From assembly GCA_964016885.1 (NCBI GenBank), contig OZ024741.1:329096001-329160000 (forward strand): a DNA stretch of 64,000 nt, in the 5' to 3' direction. The first letter of the stretch is position 1, and each line of letters opens with the position of its first letter. This DNA is from Eledone cirrhosa. Lineage: Eukaryota. Position numbers and translations under genes: made by a program. Under the pieces are notes generated by a model. That model saw only the letters and a program-made list of their open reading frames with translations, did not search any database and was not told the origin of the DNA. Shown here in pieces: positions 12,389-25,502 of this stretch.

Positions 12389-12719
12389 TGTATGTATGTA
12401 TTTATCTATGTATGTATATGTCTTTATGTATGTATGTATGTATCTATCTATGTATATATGCATGTATATATATATATGTTTCTTCTCTATTTCTCTATGT
12501 ATGTGTGTGTCAGTGTGCGCGTATTTGCTTGTGTGTGGGGGAGGGGTGGATGAATAGTTTATTTTCAAGTTACCTTCATAAAGTGTTTTACGACATGGTG
12601 GTCATTATCAAATAATATTTGGGGAAAACTTTTAAATTTTGAAGCTTTATGGTCCACAGATTTTTTATGTGGTTTATTGTGTGATACAATAACGGCGGTA
12701 GGTGAGTCATGCATTTGCA

Positions 12720-12810
<91 letters not shown>

Positions 12811-12820
12811 TGTATATATA

Positions 12821-12878
<58 letters not shown>

Positions 12879-12950
12879 ACTGTGTGTGTTTGAGTGTAAT
12901 ATATTGTCTCTATATATAATACATATATTTACACACATATATATACACAC

Positions 12951-12982
<32 letters not shown>

Positions 12983-13856
12983 TTATAACTATACATGTTT
13001 TCATGTATAGTTGCCTACAATAAATATATGCTGACATGTATAATTATTAGTGCGTTAGTGTATTTGTCTATGTTTATATGCGCGTATGTTTATGTCTCTG
13101 TTTCTATATGAGTATATATACATGCTTATATATATATATATATATATATACATATATACATATAATATACGTTTGTGTATAAATCAATTACAGCAGATTT
13201 CCAACGTTTTATCGCAATACAAACGTTGCTTGGAACCAACCAGTGTTTTTATGACTTACACAATTTATGAGGATTTATACAGTTTATGTATAGCTTAATA
13301 TCGTTTATATACATTTTAGCATTATTGTTTTGTTGTTATTGTTGGTTTTATTGTTTAGGATTTTTTTTTCTATGGAATATCTTGATGAGCGCTAATAATA
13401 CAAAAACTCTATAACACTCAGGAAACCTTTTGAGTCGTAGAATATACGTTCGCTTCAATTGTGTTTCTTTTATACATGTTATATAATTATTCTTTCTTTG
13501 CTTCATAATTTCTCCCTTTAATTTCTTACTTCTTTCTCGTTTTCTTTATCTTTCTCCTCTTTTCCGATATCTCATCTTTTCATCTCTCTTATATTTCCCT
13601 ATCTATTCATCTTCATCTCTTTCTCTGTCTTTCTCTTTCTTCTTCTTCTTCTTCTTCTTCTTCTATTTCCCCTTCTTCTTTCTTTTTCTTCTTCTTTTAC
13701 TTCTTTTACTTCTTTTACTTCTTCCTCTTACGCTTCTTCTTATTTTTCTTCTTATTTTTCTTCTTCTAATCACCCATCCTTTTTCATATATATCTCTTTG
13801 TCTCCTCTCTCATCTTTTTCTCTTTTGTCTTTTTTTACGCTTTCCTGCCTCACCAA

Positions 13857-13927
<71 letters not shown>

Positions 13928-14372
13928 CGGTTATCTTCATCTATCTCGTGGATTTTTACTTGTCTTCTATTGGCGTTGTTGTTGTAGTTATTGTGTTTGT
14001 TTATTTATTGTTTGTCTTTCGTTGTTGATGTTGTTGTGGTTGTTTTTGTGCTTCTGCTTGTAATTGACCTTAGAGAAGTTAAATTTTTCAGTTCAAATCC
14101 ATGAGATAGAATAACTTTCAAATAGAATTAACTTACGATTTGAGACATTTGAGTTCATAAATTGGCCACGAGGACATGGTTTCGAGAAAGTTAGGTAGAG
14201 CAAATAAATCACACTAAAATGGATATATGAGTCCACAAGGAAAAAATAGCAGCGAGATTTTCTTATAATGACCCTAACGATCTCTAATGCGAAAATGGAC
14301 TGCTTATTCAGATGTTTATTGCACTGGAGGTTCGAAAATTAAATAGGCGGCGTTATTAAGAAATGAGAAAAA

Positions 14373-14593
14373 GGGCGGTGGATAGGCAGTATTGTTATAG
14401 GGTCGGACGCCATGCTTTGCAGCATAGAGTTACGGCCCTTTACGGTCAGAGTTCAGGTCCCGCCGAGGTTAACTTTGCCTTTCATCCTTACGGGGTCGAT
14501 AAAATAAAGTACCTGTCATGCACTGGATCGATCTAATCGACACCCCCCTCCCCCAAAATTGCTGGCCTTGTTCCTATATAAGAAACAGTTATT
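14373..14593 (+). mobile_element. tRNA-derived SINE (same family), near full length
   Basis: GGCGGTGGATAGGCAGTATTG...GAGTTCAGGTCCCGCCGAGGTTAACTTTGCCTTTCATCCTTACGGGGTCGATAAAATAAAGTACC...TTGCTGGCCTTG. Confidence 0.8.
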
Positions 14594-14816
14594 AAGAATG
14601 GAGAATATGATGGAAGGGAAGTAACCGTTAGAAACTAGAGAGTTGGAATGTGGTGAAAAGATGTAAACTTAATGTTGTCGTGGAACTGGCAAAGCCATTA
14701 ACAGATCGAAGAGAAGACATTGTGGTATTATCTACGGTTCTCTGAGGTAACATTTTCCTTGTACCCTTTCCCGCTCAATAAAGTGCCAGTCTATCTCTTT
14801 CTCAATTCCTCCCTGT

Positions 14817-14853
<37 letters not shown>

Positions 14854-15839
14854 TCACTCTCTCTCTCTCTTTTTCTCCTTCTCTGGAAGAAATTAGACGT
14901 GTTGTGACTAGGAGAGCGATGGGCTCTGACAGGTTAAAAACCTCAAGAAATGCAGACTCTACCAGGTGTTGCGGCTTGAGCCCCAAAAAATTCGGACCCA
15001 AAATATATTGTTATAAGGCTCAAATATTCAAATATTCAACTTTGTATTGTACATTGTATATTCAAAAAAGAAAATGGCTATAAATGGAAGAAGAACCCCC
15101 CCCCCCTCCTCTGTCTACGCTATATAGAACAGCCAAACAACACCAATCTCACCAACACCAGAAACTAGATACAACACCTACCCCATCACCTCTCTGTGTA
15201 CACTAAACACAACAGCCAGATAACGGCAATTTCACCACCACCACTCACTACTGCCATCATTACCACCACTATCCCATCACCGCCGCCACCTCTCCTTCAT
15301 TGCTACCACCGCTACAACACCATCACTACAGTAATACGATCACATCACCACCACCACTGCCTCGGTATCGACATCACCACCACCACCATCTCAGTATCGA
15401 TACCGCCGCTACTGTCTCCCACATATCCCCGCCGCCACCACTCCTTCAATGCTACCACCACTATTCCCCTGTTAACTTGAGAGAGAAAGGGGAAGGTGGC
15501 GGTATCACTAGACAGGGGAGAGGCTAGCAAAAGATATAAATAGATTGACTAAAGTGACCTGGCCACGGCCAAACGTCAACATCAACAACTATGGGACTGC
15601 TGGCTCACCCCTTCCTCACCAACAATATAAAAAGCCCCGGCACCACCACCGACATAGCCAACAACAATAACAGCCAACTACAACAAAAAGTATATTGTAT
15701 TATTGTAATGCACTGGGTGATTGCTGGCCTTGTGCCTGGAGTGGAGACAATTATTAATAATTTCATTCTTAAGCCACGCAATGCTCACATTAAGGAACCA
15801 CTCATGATAATAACAATTTAAAAAAAACAACAAAAAGAA

Positions 15840-18800
15840 AACCCCGTGACCAAGAAATACCGGGATGGCGGCCGGCGAGGAATAGCCGTGTCTCTAGGGG
15901 AGAACGACCCCTCTAGTCTTGGTTGACACTCGTTCTAGAAGTGGTAACACGAAATGATTACCCCTTGGCGGATAAGGATAAAACGCGCCAAAATAAAGTA
16001 AATGTCTAATGATAAAATCTCATACCGGATCGGCCGTAACCCGGGTAAAAAAGGGCCGCGTCCCTCAGAGAGGAACCAGACTGGGGTCGAAAAATCAGCT
16101 AATGGTTCAAACCTTCCCATCACTTCGGAGCTGGAGGCCTCCCATAACCGGAACACTCCTACTGTTGGCCCTCCATGCTCACCACCAAGATATCCAAAGA
16201 AAAAGAGAGAAAAATGGTCAATGGAAGATAATAAAGAAGTCCTTGAGGCTTTCTACACTGCCATGTACTACCCATCAAATACATCGAATACAGAACAGAC
16301 ATATATCAACTGGAAAAATAAACATCCCGAAAACAGAGGCTATATTGACAGTAACAAACTAGCCAATATACGAAGAAATATTGTAAGAAAAATGTTACTA
16401 GAAATTGATCAGATCAAGCTATTAGCACAAAGTCAGCGAAGGGAAAATGAAACATGTGTCAGTGAAAACGAGGTAAACTGTAACACTTCGAATCCCAGGA
16501 TTGGGGCGGAATCACTGGCAATAGAACAAATTAAAGAAAGGATCGAAAAAGTGGAGGGAGTGCATGCTCAGGATGAAACTCCAAATGGAAATAATGAGAT
16601 CGTAAATGATAAAGAAGTGAATGAGAACGAACTTGCCAACTTGAAGGATGAAATTATGATCGAATGGATGAAAATGAAAGAATCTGGCATGGGGCAACAA
16701 GACACCCTCCCTAAGATCCAGAACTCCAAACAGAACCAAAAGATAATACACAAGACTAACATAATTCTCAAAAACATTATCATCACAAACAAACTAAACA
16801 TTACTGATTTAAATCATCTCTATTATGCATCGGCTAAAGTCACCACTCACTTATGTGGAGTGAAGATGAAAAAACAAAGGAATTCGCACAAGAAATCTAC
16901 TTGGCAAGAGAACATCAATCGCCAAATAAACCTTCTCCGATCTAACATAGAAATTTTAAAAAACTATAAAGTAGGTGAACATGTTAAACAAACTAAACTT
17001 AGAAAATTGAAAAAATAGTACAGTATAAAATCAACATGTGACATAGACATGATGATAGAAATAATCAAGCAAAAAGTGTCGGCCAAAGCTGCTCGTATAA
17101 GGCGCTTTGAAAAACGATCTAGATTCTATAAGGACAATAATATGTTCAAAAACAACCAAAGAAACTTCTACAGAAAAATTGGTAAGTCAACAATAACTGC
17201 TAAATCAATACCACTCAAGGAGAAAGTGCAAGAATTCTGGGAAAAGATCTGGGCCGAAGAAAAAGTTCATAACATACATGCCCCATGGATAGACAGACAA
17301 ATGAAAGATACAGCTCACCTTGAGGAACAAATATGGGAAAATATAACAGTTGAACAGTTGCGCTTGGCTCTAAGAAAAACCAGCAAATGGAAATCCCCAG
17401 GAAAAGACAAAATACAAAAGTTTTGGATAAATGCCTTCACAGAGTCTCATGAGCTGTTAGCCCAACTTTACAATGAAATAGTTAAGGAGCCAGAAAAGAT
17501 ACCTTCATGGCTAGTTAACGGCATTACATTCCTGCTTCCGAAGAATGATGAGACAAACAATCCCAAAAATTACAGACCGATAACTTGCTTGACCACAATG
17601 TATAAAATTTTAACATCAGTCCTAACTGAATACACATATGACCACCTGATAACAAATGACCTATTTCCCATTGAGCAGAAAGGGTGTAAACGAGGCTCAT
17701 ATGGCTGTAAGGATCAGCTTCTGGTTAACAAAATGATACTGGAAGATTGTCATAATAGACACAAAAATCTATCAATTGCTTGGATAGATTATAAAAAAGC
17801 ATTTGATAGTTTGCCACACAGTTGGATTGAAAAATGTTTAGAGATTTTCAAAGTATCCCCGTTGTCAGGAGGATTTTGTCATTCAGTATGAAGACATGGA
17901 AAACGACACTCCTTTTGAATAGTGAAACAAAATCAATGGAAGCTGGAGAAGTTAATATTAATTGTGGAATTTTTCAGGGTGACTCTTTATCACCGCTTTT
18001 ATTCTGCATCGCACTTATACCATTAAGTAAAATGCTCAATGAAACAAAACATGGATATAAAGTCTATGACAAAACCATTAATCACCTGTTCTACATGGAT
18101 GACCTGAAACTATTTGCAAAAAATGATGAACAATTGCAAGGGCTATTATCCACTGTGAAGCAGTTCAGTGATGACATTAAAATGGAGTTTGGACTAGATA
18201 AATGCGCCAAAGCAACGTTCAGCAGAGGAAAGCTGCTGAAGAGTTCAGACATTAATCTTGATCGGGGGAACGTGATAAGAGAACTTGATCAAGAAAAAAC
18301 TTACAAATATCTAGGTGTTTGTGAAGGAGACGGAATCAAGCACTCGACAATGAGGGAAAGGATAAGGAAGGAATGTTACCGCAGAGTAAGAGCAATCTTA
18401 AGAACGGAATTGAATGCAAGGAATAGGATCGATGCCATAAACACGCTTGCCATACCAGTAGTAACCTACAGTTACAATGTCATCAACTGGTCAAGCACAG
18501 AGATCCGTAGGCTCGATACAAAAATTCGAAAATTCTTAACCATGCACAGAATGCATCATCCTAAGGCAGATATAGATAGAATATATCTCCCTAGGAAAGA
18601 AGGAGGACGTGGGTTAATCCAGTTAGACATTGCGTTGAAAACTGCAACAATTGGATTATCTACATATCTAAGGGAATCACATGATTGGATGATCAAACTC
18701 GTTTTGAAACACGAAAGCATCAAAAGATCATATTCCATTACAAAAGATACAGTAACGGACTACAAATTTCAGAAGTCACATTTACTGCTGAAATGGAAAA

Positions 18801-19790
18801 CACAGAAAAAGCAAAGCAGGTAAAAGTAACCGCAAAGAAAGAACTGCTACAGAAACTGGCTAAGAAATGGTAAGAAAAGCCTCTGTATGGAAAATACCCA
18901 GAGCGAGCTAACAATCCTTATGTTGACAAAACTTTAACCCATCAGTGGTTGGCATCCTCTGGACTGAAATCGGAGACTGAAGGACTGATTATATCGGCAC
19001 AAGATCAGTGTCTGCCAACAAAAAATTACCAAGCCAACATAATAAAAAATGGGTGCAGCCCATTATGCCGTGTATGCAAAAAACAACCAGAGACCATTGA
19101 CCATATAATTTCAATGTGCAGTCCTATAGCTCCAACCGAATACCTAAACAGGCATGACAGAGCTGCACAATACATACATTGTATAATGTGTAAGCATTTT
19201 GACCTGCCCCATCAAAAGAATTGGTGGGAGCATCAACCACCTCCCATACTTGAAAAAGATCACATCTCAATCTTGTGGAACTTTAGCATCCAAACAGACC
19301 GAAAAATAGATGCAAACAGACCTGATATAATATTGAAAGACTTTCAAAAGAGGTTATGCCTGCTAATTGATATGTCTGTTCCAATAGACAAGAATGTATC
19401 TATAAAAACATTTGAAAAATTGAGCAAGTATAAGGACCTGGAGATAGAAATTGGAAAAATGTGGGAATTGAGAACTAAAACAATACCAGTGGTTGTAGGC
19501 GCTCTGGGAATAATACCTAAGGGGTCTAATGATTACATATAGCAAATCCCAGGAAACCCGCGTATAGGTGAAATACAAAAGATAGTACTAATGGGAACTG
19601 CCCATATACTAAGGAAGATTCTGTCAATATAAGTTCATCACAAGTCTAAACACTAAAGATGAATGTGTGAATATGTATGTTCTTTCTTGAACATGGCGGA
19701 CCTTGTTGTCTCTTGAGGTCACTGGTTGTGACTTGGTGATAACTCGTATGAACATAAAGCAAGATAAATGCAACTGTAATAATAATAATA
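15840..19790 (+). mobile_element. R4/Dong-clade non-LTR retrotransposon (RT + restriction-like endonuclease), near full length, inactivated
   Basis: KWKSPGKD, NYRPITCL, WIDYKKAFDS, GIFQGDSLSPLLF, FYMDDLKL, LPRKEGGRGL; CCHC CRVCKKQPETIDHIISMC; RHD; RLE NRPDIILKD...IDMSVP...KLSKYKDL; ends GTAHILRKILSI* (19630-19632); (TAA)n tail from 19777. Confidence 0.9.
16002..19632 (+). pseudogene. Disrupted single ORF of the R4/Dong element
   Basis: Segments 16002-17018, 17049-17891, 17834-18823 and 18949-19542 are colinear. Stops at 17016, 18871 and 19540; frameshifts near 17860 and 18750. Confidence 0.88.
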
Positions 19791-19853
19791 ATAAATAAAT
19801 AAAAAGAAAATAAAAATAATAGAAAAGAAATATATATATATATACATATACAT

Positions 19854-19900
<47 letters not shown>

Positions 19901-22900
19901 TATACACACACACATACATTAATAACATTGGCCTCAGCCGGATGGCTGAAACAGGTAAAAGAGTAAAAGAGTAATAATAATAACAACAATAATATTAACG
20001 ACAACAACAATAATAATATACATATACATATATATAAACACACACACGCACACACATAAGCATATCAACACACACACACACACGATAGCAACTAACAGCG
20101 CTGCGATCGAATGTGGCTTTTTAGCCCAGCCAATGATCTAAAATGTCTTGCACAGAGTCGGCAACCAAAAGATTCACTGGGAATAGTCGGCTGTGGTTGG
20201 AGTTCGTGTACTTTTGCATGTCGCTTGAGCCCTCCTGCTGATTTACATTCTCTACCACATGTTTGGCAAGCATGATGAGTAGCATCTCCAACAGCAGCCT
20301 GGTAGTCAACCACTGGTCTTACTTTATGACTGCGAAGATGACTTTCGAGTCCAGCTTTGCTTAGGCAGAGTCTCGCACATACGCTGCATGTCAGCACCAT
20401 AGGAGGACCCTCGCCGTCTGGAAGTGCAACAGCAATGCCCTTCCTCACATCCCGCTTTACTTTCTCGTATGCGATTGGAGATGCCTCAAAGACAACTTTT
20501 CCCTCATATACAGTCTTTCTCCATTTATTACGATCAGCAGCAATATTCTCCCATGTATCAGCAGCGATGTTAGCGTTTTTCAGAGAGGCTTTCAAGGAAT
20601 CCTTATACCTCTTTTTTGGTTTATGTGGCGGTCGTTTTCCTTTAACCAACTCTCCATAGAAGAGTTGTTTTGGTATTCTAGAATCCTTCATCCTGGCAAG
20701 GTGACCACTCCAACGGAGTCGTTGCTTAAGCACAAGAGCTTCTATACTGTCACACATAGAGTTTTCCTAAATCTCGACATCACTGATGTGGTCCCTCCAG
20801 TGAACGCCATGAATCCGTCTGAGACACATCTGATGGAAACGCTCCAATTGCTTAAGGTGGTGTCGATATGTGACACAGGTCTCGCAGGCATAAAGAAGAC
20901 AAGAGAGCACACATGCCCTGTACACCTTTACCTTTGTCCTCCTGCATATGTCTCGCCGACCCCAGAGTCGCCTTTCTAGCTTTCCGAAAGCATCACTTGC
21001 TTTCCTAATCCTAAGTGAGATTTCACTGTCAAGGTTGCTGTATCGATTGACAGTGCTTCCCAGGTAGACAAACTGATCAACCACTCCAAGTCGTTTGCCA
21101 TACACATAGATTTTTGGTTCACTGTACTGCTTACCAGGGGCAGGTTGGTACATGACGACGGTTTTCTTGAGACTGACAGTCAGACCTAGAGCAGTTCAAG
21201 CGTCAGAAAATGCACTCAAAATGTGCTGCATATCACTCTCTGTGTGCGCTACAAGATCGCAATCATCTGCATACAAGAGGTCTCTTATGATTGATGTAAA
21301 TACTTTTGTCTTCGCAGCAGCAAAGCACCTGATGTTAAATATGCTGCCTGAGGTTCGATATCGGATATAAACACCATGCTCGCAATTCCTGAATGCAATA
21401 CAGAAAACCATTGCAAAGTATATGGCAAACAGGGTTGGTGCTGGAATATCCCCTGTTTCACTCCATTTTTTACTGAGATAGGCTCCGACATGTTACCCCC
21501 GACATTAACCCAAGCCTTCATGTCGTCATAGAAAGACCTAACTAAAGCAAGGAACTTATCAGGGCAACCAAGTTTCTGGAGAACCTTCCATAATGCATTT
21601 CTGTTAACAGTATCGAAAGCTTTTGTCAGATCAACAAAAACCTGATACAGATCCAAGCCTTGTTCCATGCACTTCTCCTGGAGCTGTCTAGCTGAGAAGA
21701 TCATATCAGTAGTGCCGCGTCCAGCACGAAAACCAGATTGACTTTCAGGAAGAACACAATCTGCAATGTGTGTCAGCAGACGGTCCAGAATCACCCTACA
21801 TAAAACTTTCTCTACGACAGAAAGCAATGATATACCTCTGTAGTTCCCACAATCGTTCCTGTTACCCTTTCCCTTGTACAAGACCACCATTACTGCATCT
21901 CTCCAGTCCTCAGGTACGGATTCATTAGCCCATATCCTGCCAAACAAAGAGTGAAGATGTTGCAGGAGTCTCTCACCACCATATTGTAGGAGCTCAGCAT
22001 GTATGCCATCCGTACCTGGAGATCTTCCACTGTTCAGCTTCGAAATAACCACTGCAACCTCCACAAGCGTCGGAGGTTCTGCGAGAGCTACTTTCACAGG
22101 ACTTTCTGGAATGAGATTGAGGAAATCTTCACTGACGACAGACGGCTGGTTCAACAGATCATCAAAGTGCTCTCGCCACCTTCGTAGAATTCCTTGTGAG
22201 TCACGAAGAAGTTCTTTGCCATCCTTGCTGCGAAGCGGTGTCACCAGAGAAGAAGACGGTCCATAAACCTCACGCAAGAGACTGTACAACAGCTTTGTGT
22301 TATTGGAATCAGACGCAGTTTTATCTCACCAGCCTTCTCACTCCACCACTGATCCTTCATCTGAGAAAGACTCCGCCTAACACGTGATTTTACATCCCTG
22401 AGTTCCTCATGCAACGTATTCCTCTCCTGTGGTTTTGCCGTCAAGTAGCGTGACAGAGCACGCCTCTTATCAGCCAACAAGTCTTCTATATGTACATCAT
22501 TCTCATCAAACCAGTCCTGATGTTTCCTCTGCGCCAATCCCAGAACACGCCTGCCTACATCATAAACCGACTTTTTAAGGGTCGGCCAATCCTCACCAAG
22601 ATCTGCAGCCTGCATCTCTTCTTCCAATGTCCTCTTCACATTTTTATCCTTAAGACGAGCAGCATTCAATCTTTTGGGCAGGGCAACACCAGGAGCCCGG
22701 ATTTTACGTTTAGTGATTAGTTTCACTTTTGCGCGTACCAGGCGGTGGTCCGTCCAGCTCTCAGCTCCACGAAGAACACGAACACACTGCACATCCTGTC
22801 TGTCACGCATCCTGACTAAGACGTAGTCCAAAAGATGCCATTCCTTAGATGCAGGATGCATCCATGTGGTCTTGAATTTGTTCTTTTGTTGGAACATGGT

Positions 22901-24005
22901 GTTGGTAACACACAGATCCAGCTCCTCACACATCTGCAGCAGGATCATACCATTGCTGTTACACTTTCCCACCCCATGCCTTCCGATTACATTCCATGTG
23001 TTAAAATCCCTACCCACTCTAGCATTAAAGTCACCAAGCACGATGACTTTGTCTGCCTGATGGATATTTCTTAAAACACCTTTCAAGGCATGGTAAAAGG
23101 ACACCTTTTCCTCACCGACAGAACTCATAGTTGGAGCATACACACTCACCATGGTAGCATATCTTCCCTTGTCCAGCGGAACTCTCATGGACATAAGACG
23201 CTCACTAATCCCTACTGGGAATTCTTCTAATTTGTTCACAAGCAGTCTTAACAGCAAATCCTACCCCAGCCTCTCTTCTGGTTCCTTCATCTCTTCCTTT
23301 CCAGAAGAATGTATATTCTCCACAAAATTCCGTAAGATGACCATCTCCAGCTAGCCTCGTCTCAGATAAAACCACGATGTCAAGATCGTAACGTCGAAGC
23401 TCCTTTGCAACAAGAGCGGTCCTTCGTTCAGGACGCCCCAAGGAATCCCTGTCAAGCAGCGTCCGTACGTTCCAGCAGCCAAGACTAAATGCCTTATTTG
23501 GCTCTATTACAATGGCACGATGACGAGCGGGCCCAGGCTGTGATAACCTGGGGCCCCTGCCCTTATTGCCAATGATCTTTTTTGTTCCAGAACCTAAATT
23601 GCCAATTATCTCTTTTATATTGTTCTGGAACATCATTGAATTGGAAAAAAAAAAAAAAAAAGTAATAATAATAGTAATAATAATAATAACAATAATAATA
23701 GTACACTATTAATAATTATTAATGCACTCGTGCAATGCCTGTGCGTGACGAATATTTTTAAAATGAGGAAAGACTGTGCACTGAGCCAATCCCACTCTCT
23801 GAGCGACAATAGCTATAACCCGAAAAGAAGAAAAGATCAACATCATCGGTATCTACTGAGCCGCAGATTTTATGTCGGAGTTAACCCAGTTTCCTGAGAT
23901 GTCTTCTCCTAGAAGAATGCCCTGACAAGGGCTAGGGGTTCTTCACTCCCAGTGATTTAACTGCGCGATCGGGCATCCAGCCCGATTATTTCTATGTCCC
24001 CGCGC
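19777..24005 (-). mobile_element. RTE-clade LINE, copy 2; complete ORF span plus about 370 bp of 5'UTR; frameshifted
   Basis: GCWNVRTLLD, VVLSETRL, VSVYAPT, VLGDFNARVG, LLDYVLV, WTDHRLV, RT YADD and three C2H2-type fingers; near-identical to 1-2790 in reverse; 5'UTR carries the RTE-typical CTTCTAGGAGAAG..ACTC motif. Confidence 0.93.
20092..23636 (-). pseudogene. APE-RT-3xC2H2 ORF of RTE copy 2
   Basis: ORF-track pieces 23205-23636, 22241-23257, 21285-22289, 21196-21411, 20767-21153 and 20092-20757 tile one protein, with frameshifts near 23250, 22320, 21450 and 20765 and a stop at 21196. Confidence 0.9.
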
Positions 24006-24130
24006 AAAGAAAAAAAAAAATCACTTATTGACACTTATACCTACGACATACACACACGCGCATACATATGCGCGCACACAGCAACACTCATACATACAAA
24101 CAACACACACACAAGCTACTCTACTCACTT

Positions 24131-24182
<52 letters not shown>

Positions 24183-24289
24183 CCGTCATTACTGATACAA
24201 GATTACAAGATTATGTCAACTGTCGACTTTCAAGAGTTTGTATAGTTGAAGCCGATCGTACTACAGTCCAGTATTATTATAATTGCTTT

Positions 24290-24440
24290 ACAGCATAGAG
24301 TCACGGCCCTCCACGCTCTGAGCTCAAATCCCGCCGAGATCAACCTTGCCCTTCATCCCCACGGAGTCAACAAAAGAGAGTACCAGCGATGCGCTGGGCC
24401 AGTCGCTGGATCCGTGCCAAAAGCAGAAAAATTATTATTA
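24290..24440 (+). mobile_element. SINE fragment (same tRNA-derived family), diverged
   Basis: CAGCATAGAGTCACGGCCC...GAGCTCAAATCCCGCCGAG...CTTCATCC...GTACCAG...GTGCCAAAAGCAGAAAA. Confidence 0.65.
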
Positions 24441-24946
24441 AAGTTGTTTTCTTAAGACCCGGTCGCTGGTGATGGTGATGGCGGCGGCAGTAGTGGTGGT
24501 GGTAGCAGTTGATGTTGTTGTTGTGTTGTGTGCGTGTGTGTGTGTGTTTTGTTATTTTGAGTTTTTTTGTTTTTTTTTCCCTTCTTTTTCTTTTTTTTAT
24601 CTGTTGATGTCGCTGTTGTTGTTGTTGTTGTAAATGTTCATTTCAGTTCATTCTGAAGCTGTTGTTGCTGTAAACATTAGTGCCGGTGTTGTTGTTGTAG
24701 ATGTATACATACATACATACATACATACATACATACATACATACATACATACATACATACATACATACATGCATACATAAATACATACATATATACATGC
24801 ATGCTTAAATGGATACAGGGAGTATGTTTGTAAATGTATGAAAATTAGAGAGAATTGTGTAGGTGTGTGTGTGAATGTGTGATGAGTAACGGCAGATATA
24901 ATTACATCTCTTTCCTCACTTAGTGCAATTACGTTTATATTCCTTC

Positions 24947-25502
24947 ATTGGCAGTATCGGTAGAGGGTCGGACGCCATGCTTTTCATCATAGAGTTACGT
25001 CCCTTTACTGTATGATCCCAATTCCCGCTGAGGTTTACTTTGCCTTTCATCCTTATGGGTCGATAAAATAAGCACGAGTAATACACTGGTATAATTGCTG
25101 ACCTTGTGCTAAAAGTAGGAACAATTCTTTGGCAGTATCGGTAGAAAAGCGGACAACATGGTTTGTGGCATATAGTTACGTCCACTTACGTTCTGAGTTC
25201 AAATCACACCGCGGTTAGCTTTGCCGTTCATCCTTACGGGGTTGATAAAATAAAGTACCAGTAACATGCTGGAGTTGATGTAATAGACTTTCCTCTCCCC
25301 AAAAATTGCTGAGCTTGTGCCTTAATCAGAAACAATTATTAAGGACTGTGGATTAGTAGAATGGGTAGGATGTCGGACAACCTGCTTTGAAGCATATAGT
25401 TACGTCCATATATATATACGTTCTGATTTGAAATTACGCCGAGGTTAGCTCTGCCTTTCACCCTTACGTGGTCGATAAAATAAAGTACTAGTAACGCACT
25501 GG
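24947..25502 (+). mobile_element. Three head-to-tail copies of the tRNA-derived SINE
   Basis: Units start at about 24947, 25128 and 25345; each has a TGGCAGTATCGGTAG-like head, a B-box and the GCCTTTCATCCTTA...GATAAAATAA core. Confidence 0.78.

Noticed and set aside
15190-15480. His/Pro/Thr-rich ORFs
   Set aside because: Degenerate (CAC/CAT)n low-complexity sequence with no domain or splice support.
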